Below are positions 55,704-64,000 of a stretch of DNA of 64,000 nucleotides, one piece after another. Each line of letters opens with the position of its first letter. Position 1 is the stretch's first letter. Origin of the DNA: Rebecca billardiae RCC1528 (taxonomy: Eukaryota; Protista; Haptophyta); the NCBI GenBank assembly GCA_965240325.2, contig OZ251246.1:248001-312000 (forward strand), given 5' to 3'. Under the pieces are notes generated by a model, which did no database searches, was not told where the DNA came from, and was given only the letters and a program-made list of their open reading frames with translations. Made by a program: the position numbers and the translations under genes.

Positions 55704-56823
55704 ATGTATCCCTCGCACCCGCAGATCGCCGTGATGAGGCACGCATGTCGCCGGCTGAGTGGCGACCATGAGCACGAGGACGACACGCGCCGCGCCAAGC
55801 AGCAATGCGTCGACTTCATCGCCACGCCACCACCACCGTCGACGACCACGCAGGCGCTGGCGGGCGTAGCGGGGGCGGGGCAGACGAACGAGCTTGAGTT
55901 GACCATCCAGTCGATTCTCGACAGCGTCATGCATGACGCTGCGGTGGTTGCTGAGCTGCACCACTTGCTCTCGTGCAAGGCTGGAGGCCGCGCGTATCGG
56001 AGCACTCTCGTCGCCATGCCGGGCTGTGCGACGGACATCCCCATCGCCGTCCGACTTTGTGCGACGCGTGCTGAGCGAGGACCCCGCGCTATCACCACGC
56101 AAGGCGGCATCCGCAGATGCCGCCAGCGACGCCGCCCACGCGGTGGCGGCGGTGCCATCACCGGCGCGCCTGCTGCCTGCTCTTGTGCACCACCCCTCGT
56201 CGTGGTCGTGGACGGCCGCGACGGCAGAAGATGCCTTCACCCCGGATGGCCTGCAGCCCACGTGGAATGCCCAGGCGTGGGCAGCTGCTTTGCCGCACGG
56301 GCTGACCCACGCATCGCGCTTTGCGGCAGAGGGCACCTATTCGCACGGGTTCACGCCGGCCAGTGATCTCGCTGCCTGCGCTGCGCCCCTGGCGCCGCCG
56401 GTGCTCACCGCCGTGGGCTCCTCCATGTTGCCTGATGCCATGACAAATGATGGCCTGCCTACCGTGATGCCGCCGACGATGGGCTTCGCCTCGCTGCCCA
56501 CCGCCGCAATGCCGGTGCTGGCGCAGTCCGTGCAACCTGTCACGCAGCGGCAGCTCCCGCACACAGGGTTCATCGGCGTGCGCTGCCGCCGGTCAGCGAG
56601 ACCGGGCGAGCAGCATGCGAATATGCCGTATCATGGGCGCGTACGGTACAAGGGCAGGGAGCACTACACGCGGTTCTTCGCGTCGCCGGAGAAAGCCGCG
56701 CGCGCGCGTGACGAGCTCGTCGTCCAGCTTGGCCTTCACCACGCGCGAAAATTGAATTTCCCTTTGCCGGAGTCGGGGGCAGAGGTGGCGGTTTCTGAAT
56801 ACGACAACAGCTCGACCGACTGA
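55704..56823 (+). CDS. AP2/ERF-domain protein (AP2 domain at the C-terminus; 5' exon structure uncertain)
   Basis: TGFIGVR...YHGRVRYKGREHYTRFFASPEKAARARDELVVQLG...KLNFP matches the AP2 pattern. Confidence 0.7.
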
Positions 56824-57723
56824 ATGAACCGAGCACGCGTACCGTACGACCTCATCCTGATTAAGGCGCGCAGGGCGCCCGGGCCGGGGTCGAGTCGGCC
56901 GGCGACAGCCGCGGCTGTCGCCTCTCGCAGCTGCTCGCCGCTAGGTCGGCAGGCGGCGACATCGACTAATTCATCTAGGGTTTAAGACACAACAACGTCT
57001 GTCAGTGACAGGCCGATTCTGAGGACGCGGCTCGTCTGTCCTGATTCGTCTGTCGAAGTACTGATTGGAGGCGGAGGATGTGTAAGCGCGATGGCCGCGG
57101 ATGAGGGATGGAGTCGTCGCCGATGCTGATCATACCGCGGAGGAGTAGTAGGCGCCCAGAGATGCCGCTGTACTTGCAGTCGTCGGTCGTCACGCCGTGC
57201 CCGTTGCGGCCGTTGCCGTCCCGGCTGACGGTCCGAGTTGCGGATGCAGTACGGTGCCAGTAGTTCACGCCAGCCGGTGCGGTCGACTACTGTACGACCT
57301 CACTGTTACTGTACTAACCAGTCAGCGTCCCGCGAAGCCGCTCCGGAACAGGCACTCGGCTGCGGCGGCCTCTGCCGTCGCCACCGGTCCGGGCGTACCC
57401 CAGCAGGCCGTTACCACATTCACTACCATCACGCCCACTACCAGGCCCACCGAGACGAGTGACCGTTCCGCCATCCTGCCTTCCTCACTACTACCGCTAC
57501 TCTCTGCCCCTGGCGCCCTGCCCCCGAGTACCAGCCGGTATACGGCCGGCGGGGCCGGTCCGACTCCAGGGCTGCCGCGGCGCTGACTGAGTGTCGCCGT
57601 GTCGGCGCGGGTCCGTGCGGGCGCGGCACAACTCACATCATCACGCTGCCTGACTCTCAGGAGTCAGGTCGGAACAAACGGAAGGCGGCGCGGACACTGT
57701 CGTGAGTGTCGAGTGTCGTACGT

Positions 57724-57800
<77 letters not shown>

Positions 57801-58454
57801 GATCTCTGTATATAATATATATATGTCTAGCCACTCCGCCATGCCCGGCTCGTACAAGGCGTCGGGTACGAATGGACTCTGGAGCTGGATGGTCGCGGCG
57901 CGCGGCGTCGTGGAGTAGACAGACCACAATGATCAATCATGGAACGATCAGGTTAGCTATGTTGGGATTTGAGCAACGAACGACAGCGGGCGCTGGCAGC
58001 GGCGTGGCGGTTGAGCTGCTGCCCGAGGTCGAGAGGGCGCCCGCGAGTGCGACGCGGCGAAGACAGATGATGACGTCGCGCCGCCGAACGATCAGGCGGG
58101 GAGCCGGGCCACACAGACAGCCAGCGACCTTACCGAGCAGAGGGGCTGCGGCGACTGCGGTGCACCTCCTGCAGCGGAGCGTGCACCCGGCAGTGCCCGA
58201 TGCAGGCGATTCCCTTGCCCAGCTCGGCGCCTTCGTCGTGAGCAGCCCCATGGCGCCCCCGAGAGTGAAGCCTGATCGATCCGATGTGAGCGGTAACCAA
58301 CCGAGTCCTGCAGGTGCGCCGCTGTGGGCCAGATTGGCAGCGCACCAGGACTCCGCCTGCGCGCGGCGGTGCGCACAGGACAACGCAGGAATGCCGTGCG
58401 AGCCGGATTCTTGGCGTCGCTCATAGACACTCAGTTATAGGTTCCCTATAACGC

Positions 58455-58545
<91 letters not shown>

Positions 58546-58930
58546 CTACTACCGCCGTATATAACGTGCGCGCACAGCAGCGCGCAGTCAGTGCCGCAGT
58601 GTGGCTGCCGCAGTGTCTGCTGCTGATGACACTGTCACTCATCACGGCCGCTGGCGCCCGCGCTGCCGGTAGTAGTGCATCACCACGACATTATAGAATA
58701 ATTATAATAATATATCTATATATATTATATGATACACACACATCGTCTCTCTCTCTCTCTCTCATATCATATTATATATAAAATTTGCAGCCGCGCCTGA
58801 TGCCGCTGGCAGCTGCCGGCCGCGCGGCGTGACTCGCGCGAGGCCCGCGAGGCGGGCGGCGCGACGCTGGCCACTGCCGCGTAGTGCCCGGCCGTGCCAC
58901 CCCGCCAGCCCTTGCGCCCGCGGCGCCGCG

Positions 58931-59821
58931 CTAGGCCGCAGACGCCGCTGGCCCCACGGCGCCTGACCCGCCGCCGTCACCCCCGCGCTTCCGGCCCGTC
59001 CGGGGTGTCACTTTGATCCAGCCGGCAAGTGCCAGCAGCACGAGATGCAGCGAGATGATCGTGAGTAGGGGTAGCGCATCCGGCCACAGCGAGCCGGCCC
59101 GGGCGAGCACCACGGTGTTCGCCGCGCAGCCGAGCACGTCCAGCGCGGTCACGCCGAACGAGTACCCCTCCACCTCCCACGTGCCCACGAAGACGCGCAG
59201 CTGCGGCAAAAAGCCGACGCCGAAAAATGCTGCGGGGAGCACGTGGCCAAAAAGAGCGAGTACTGCAGTGGGCGCGGCGGCGAGCGCGCGCGCGAGCAGC
59301 CAGATGCACAGCCCAGAGGCGAGGGTCAGCGCGGCGGCGACGACGGCGAGGGGGGCAGACGCCTTGCGCGCGTACACCGCCACCTGCGCTTCGAGCACCG
59401 CGCTCATTGCGCAGAAGGACGCCATGGAGGCGAGCAGCCATGCTGACGCGCCTGACACGACAAGCGCGCCGCCGTAGATGAGCGAGCCGAGGTGCCAGAG
59501 GACGACGAGCGAAAGGGAGAGGCCATCCGTAGAACGTCGCCGGTGGTTGAGGAGCGCCTGCGGCGCGAGGATGAGGGCGAAGCACGCCGCACCGACCGCC
59601 CCGCACGCTGTATCCAGAACGGCGCTGGCCGCTGCAGTTGCCGCCGCCTCGCGCGCAGCGGCGGCCGGTGCGGCGCGGGGTCTCGGCACGGGGCTCGCAG
59701 CCACGGGTGGTGCGACTTGCTCTACGCCTCCCCGCGCCCTGAGGACGAGCACGGGCGGTCGGGCCACGAAGCCCCGTGTGGCATGGACCATCATCAGCAT
59801 CGTGAAGGTTGCGACCGCCAT
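58931..59821 (-). CDS. PQ-loop membrane transporter
   Basis: ILAPQALLNHRRRSTDGLS and FLPQL...VEGYS repeats with multiple TM helices; probable start MAVATF with a presequence-like N-terminus. Confidence 0.82.
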   Translation of the reverse strand: MAVATFTMLMMVHATRGFVARPPVLVLRARGGVEQVAPPVAASPVPRPRAAPAAAAREAAATAAASAVLDTACGAVGAACFALILAPQALLNHRRRSTDGLSLSLVVLWHLGSLIYGGALVVSGASAWLLASMASFCAMSAVLEAQVAVYARKASAPLAVVAAALTLASGLCIWLLARALAAAPTAVLALFGHVLPAAFFGVGFLPQLRVFVGTWEVEGYSFGVTALDVLGCAANTVVLARAGSLWPDALPLLTIISLHLVLLALAGWIKVTPRTGRKRGGDGGGSGAVGPAASAA

Positions 59822-59873
59822 CGTGGGATCTGGTGCAACGTTTAGGCGGCGGTTGGCCGGGCCTGCCGCGAGC

Positions 59874-61927
59874 ATGGCCTCCCCCGCCCACCGCCACGTG
59901 CGGGTGGCGCCGGAGGAGGGCCTGCAGGCCGAGAGCCCGCCCGCGCCCGGTCGTGCTGCGGCGCCAGCCACGTCGCCGAGCGCGCCACCATCGCTCCTCT
60001 CCTCGCTCAGGACCGCGCACGCGCGCGTGGCAGCGTGGGTACGCGCCGCGAGCCGTGTGCTCCTCAACCCGTCCCGGCGAATCCTGCTCCTCTCGCAGCT
60101 CGCGCTCGTGGCCCTGCTGTACGGCGGCACGTTCATCGGCATGGTCGTCACGATGCGCGACGAGGTGAGCGTGTTGTCCTACGAGCCGGCGCGGCGCGTC
60201 CTCACCGAGCGCGCGGAGGACGGCGGCGAGCGAGCGATTCGTATCGATCTCAGAGCGTGCGATCTCCTCGTCACGCGCGTGCGCGGCGACGGCGTGCAGC
60301 TGTTCGAGACGACGCTGCCGCTGCCCTTCGCCAACCACAGCGCGACCGAGCACGTCTCGCTGCACGACACGGGCGGCTGCCTCGTCGCCACGTGCGTCGG
60401 CCCTGCCGGCGACAAGCGAACGAAAACCAGCGTTCCGCTCGCTGGCGTGAGCGCGCGGCTCGAGATCGGATCTGAGCTGCGCGTGCTCTGGACGGAGGTG
60501 CGCTCGACGGCAGCGGCGCGCTCGTCCATCCTCATCGACGGCGCGCCGCTCGGCGCCGAGCTCAGCCTGCTCGGCAGCCAGCTGCTCGCGCGCGTGCGCT
60601 CAGTGCGCGTGAACGCACTCCGGGCGACGCTGCGCGCTGGGCTGCTCGAGCTCACGCGCGTGGACGCGCCGTACATGCAGATCTCGGCCGGCGCGGCGGG
60701 CGTGTCGGTGCAGCTGCACGACTCGGCCCGGCTCACCCTGCGGGGCGAGAACGGCGCCAGCGTGCTCTCGCGCCTCTGCCTCTCCGACGCGGACGGCGCG
60801 CCGGCCGCGCCGACCGCGGGCGACCTTGAAGAGGTGGCTGAGGATTTGGAGAAGGGATTGAATTCTTTTTCGGCCGAGTTTTACCTCGGGATGGGCGGGC
60901 CCGCGTACGCCGGCGGCGAGAACGCGAGCAGCGCGCCGGCGCAGCTGATCGAGCTGACGCGCGGCGACGCGGACGGCGCGCTCGGCGCGCTCTTCGTCGC
61001 CCACGGCGTGAGCCACTCGGAGCGCGACGCAGCCAACACTCTCGATAGAACGCGCGGCGCGCGCATGGCGGTCGAGCCGCGCTTCGCCGCGTGGGCGGCG
61101 AGGCAGTTTGAGGCCGGGATGTACCTCCTGCGGCTGCGCGTGGTGGGCGTGGGGCTGGACGAGACGACGCTCGGCGCCGCGCCCGGCTCGAGCCCGCGCG
61201 ACGAGCTCGAGTTCGTCTACTCCGCTTTCGGGCCGGTACTTATATGGCACCCACTCGACTTGCTATGGCTCTCGACTTACTCACTTAGTGGCGAGCAGGT
61301 AGTGAGGGGTACGGCGATGCTCGAGGCGGCGGAGTGCGTGCCGTTCGGCGGCGGGCGGCGGGGTCAGCGCGACGTGTGCGCGCTCGACGAGCCCACGCCG
61401 TCGCGCCCCGAGCCCACGGCCGTCGGCGCCATCCATGCTGCCCTTTGGCACGCGCTACCGACTGCGGCCACCGCCGGCGCGACGGGCGAAGCACTTTCGT
61501 CCGACGGCGGCACCGGCAGCGCGTCGAGCTACGCTGCGCTGTACGCGGTGCTGGGCAACCCGCTGAGCGTGCGGCCTCTCGAGAGCCTCTCCTCCGCGCC
61601 GCCCTCCTCGCCCGCGCCGATGCTCCTGCACTTCGAGCCCTCGATCGACCCAGCAGATGTCTCGCTGCCGAGCGAGCCGATCATCGGACGCGCGGCGCCG
61701 GTTCTGATGACCGAGCGCGAATGGGCGGCGGTGGCGCTGTACCTGCTGATCCAGCTGCTGGGCGTGAGCGCGACGAGCACGCTGCTCGTGCGCACGTACT
61801 TTGTGAAGCAGCGCGCCGTGAACATGGCGCACTGCTCGCGCCTCTTCCCCAAGGTGCACATGCTGATGATGAGTGGCGGCGGCGGCGGGGATGGCGGGGA
61901 TGGCGGCGGTGGCGGCGGCGGCGAGGA

Positions 61928-61968
<41 letters not shown>

Positions 61969-63480
61969 GCGTCGATGCCGGCGGCAGCGTTGATGGTGGC
62001 GGTGCTGTCGGCGGCGGTGGCGCGGCGTGGCCGGGGGCGGAGACCAAGGGCGGCGGCGGCGTCCGCGGCCGTGCGTCCGAGGGCGCAACCTCGACGATGC
62101 GCGTCGAGCCGGATGACGAGCGCGACCTGGGGATGGTGATCGACGGTCGGTCTGTTCCGGCGCTCCGGCGCGCGTTCCAAAACCCCCACATGTCCGGGCG
62201 CGCGCGCTTCCGGGTGCTCGAGGACTCGATCGGGCTCTCGGTGAACATTTTTAAGATGATTGACGTGTTCGTGTTGCAGCGGCTGCTGCCGAGAGACTCG
62301 ACGGACTCGCTGCCGTTCGCACTCAGCACCGTCGCCGTGCACTACGCGTGCACGCTCGTTGTCGTCGTGCTTCCATGGTTCACCGCGTGGCTCTCGAGCC
62401 GCTCGACGATCGCCGCGCGCGCCGGCTGCGCATGGCCGGAGGAGCTGCGCGGCAGCTGTCCGCGCGCGCCCGAGTACGCACCCAGCGTACTGCCCACCGC
62501 GCTGGCGCTGGGGTTCGTAGCCTTCATGGGCGTGTACGCCTCCCTCGAGTGTACGCGCGACGCGGCGCGCTCCGCCCCAACGCGAGCGCTCGCCGGCCGC
62601 GCGGCCGCGCGGGGCGCCGCGCCGATTCACACGGCGCGCGCGCGCTCCGCCCGCGGCGCCCCGGCCTCTCGCAGACCTGTGCCGCCGGCTGGACGAGCTC
62701 AGTGCCGGCGCGCTTGCCGAGGGCGAGGTGGCAATCAACCGCTTCCGTGCGCTCATCCTGCGCATCAAGTGCTCCGTCCTCTTCCGCCGCGTCTTCTACG
62801 CCCAGCTGCTGCTCCTCACCGTGGGCGGGCTGTGGTGGACGCAGCACGCGCTCATGTACCTACTCCTACTGGCGTGCGTGATGCCGCAGCGCGTGGTGCC
62901 TGTGGTGCTCGCGCTCGCCTCGATCGTCATCAACGCGCGGCTCACCTACGGCTCGCTCCTGCGCGCGCACAACGCGCTCAACAGGCGGCTCAAGGGCCTC
63001 CGGGACACGGCGGTCACGCGCTCGGACGAGATGGAGTCGGCGGTCGAGGCGGTGCTCATGCGGTTTGGGTTCGACAAGGTGCAGATCATGCTGATCATCG
63101 TCGTCTACTCGATCGCCTTCGCCGCGTGCGTCGCGTTCCTCTTCCTCAGCGTCTCGCTCTTTGTCGGTCCAGAAGGGTATATCTCGACGCTCGTCTCGTC
63201 AGCCATCGCCCTGTCCTCCGCCTTCCGCTCCCTGAGCTCGGCGACGGGGAGCGAGGTGTCGGCAGCCATGCTGGATAACCTGAAGACGGAGGCCGCGGTG
63301 CAGGGCGAGCTGGGCGAGCTGCTCGAGGCGTCCAACATGGCGCGCGAGCTGGGTATGGGGGTCGAGGACGCCGCCGGGGAGGAGGACGTGGCCGTCGCGG
63401 TGCAGCGCGCGACGTCGCTCGGCGCGCCGGTCAGAGCCCTGAGCGGCGAGATCAGCAGAGTGCTGGCGGCGGACCAGTAG
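59874..63480 (+). CDS. Large multi-pass membrane protein, hypothetical (intron 62551-62674)
   Basis: N-terminal TM, long probably luminal domain, poly-Gly tract and multiple C-terminal TMs; a phase-1 GT-AG intron joins the 1266-aa and 250-aa ORF frames. Confidence 0.72.
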
Positions 63481-64000
63481 CCGTGATGACGACAGCAGGC
63501 TGGCCACAGGGTCTGACCGAGTCGGGGCTCGTCGCGGCAATGAGGCGCGGCTACGACTGCGGCCCGGCCGGACCGTGGGTGCTGCGCCGGCCGCGAAGGT
63601 CCGTCCACTCGTCCCGCGAGCCGCGACATGGGCATCATGGGGCATGGCACGGCATCGGATATATCATAATCGTCATTATCGCAGCGACGACGCGCAGTAG
63701 GTCGCAGCAGTCGTCGACGTCGAGTACGTCTACTTATGAGGATGACGATCGACTGCTAGTTACTCTCTCTCGCGTCTCTCTCTCTCTCGTAAAGCTCTCT
63801 CTCGCTGCTCTCTGAGTACAGCCTACTGTAGCAAGGGTGTCCAGGGTCCGCAACAGCCAGTGCGCAGCGCGGCAGAGGCTGTGACATCGCGAGGTCGCCG
63901 CTCGCCAGTGGGACTCGCCCGCCCGCCGCCGTGCACGGCGGCCGAGCCGCTCGCGCCGTGCGCTCCTGCGGCCGTCGGATCGGGCTGCGTAGGCGGCGCG

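Overview
Very GC-rich eukaryotic DNA with short GT-AG introns and TA/CT microsatellites; an alga such as a haptophyte is plausible, but that is inference. Roughly half the window is mobile DNA. (1) A nested stack at 5685-23109: a 1.34-kb TIR element (4-bp TSD; intact inverted copy at 52047-53387) was hit at one TA by a composite of two 790-bp direct repeats flanking three head-to-tail 4830-bp Tc1/IS630-type transposons. Each transposon has an intact DD47E transposase and a 7 x 417-bp internal satellite. (2) A full-length Ty1/copia element (26630-34027, minus strand) with apparently identical LTRs, no canonical PBS, an early in-frame TAG and a candidate -1 frameshift between protease and integrase. 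(3) Several foldback/MITE elements. Host genes include two paralogous carbohydrate sulfotransferases flanking a glycosyltransferase-like gene, a STIMATE/TMEM110-like protein, a WRKY19-type zinc-finger protein, an HLS1-like GNAT, an MRM1/RlmB methyltransferase, an AP2 protein, a PQ-loop transporter and a large membrane protein. The most striking feature is 49354-51600: a signal/anchor segment, a Cys-rich methyltransferase-like domain and an RRRR-AQ site are fused in frame to a full-length actin whose ATP-binding motifs are all substituted while the rest is conserved. This is a candidate secretory-pathway, nucleotide-independent 'pseudo-actin' proprotein.
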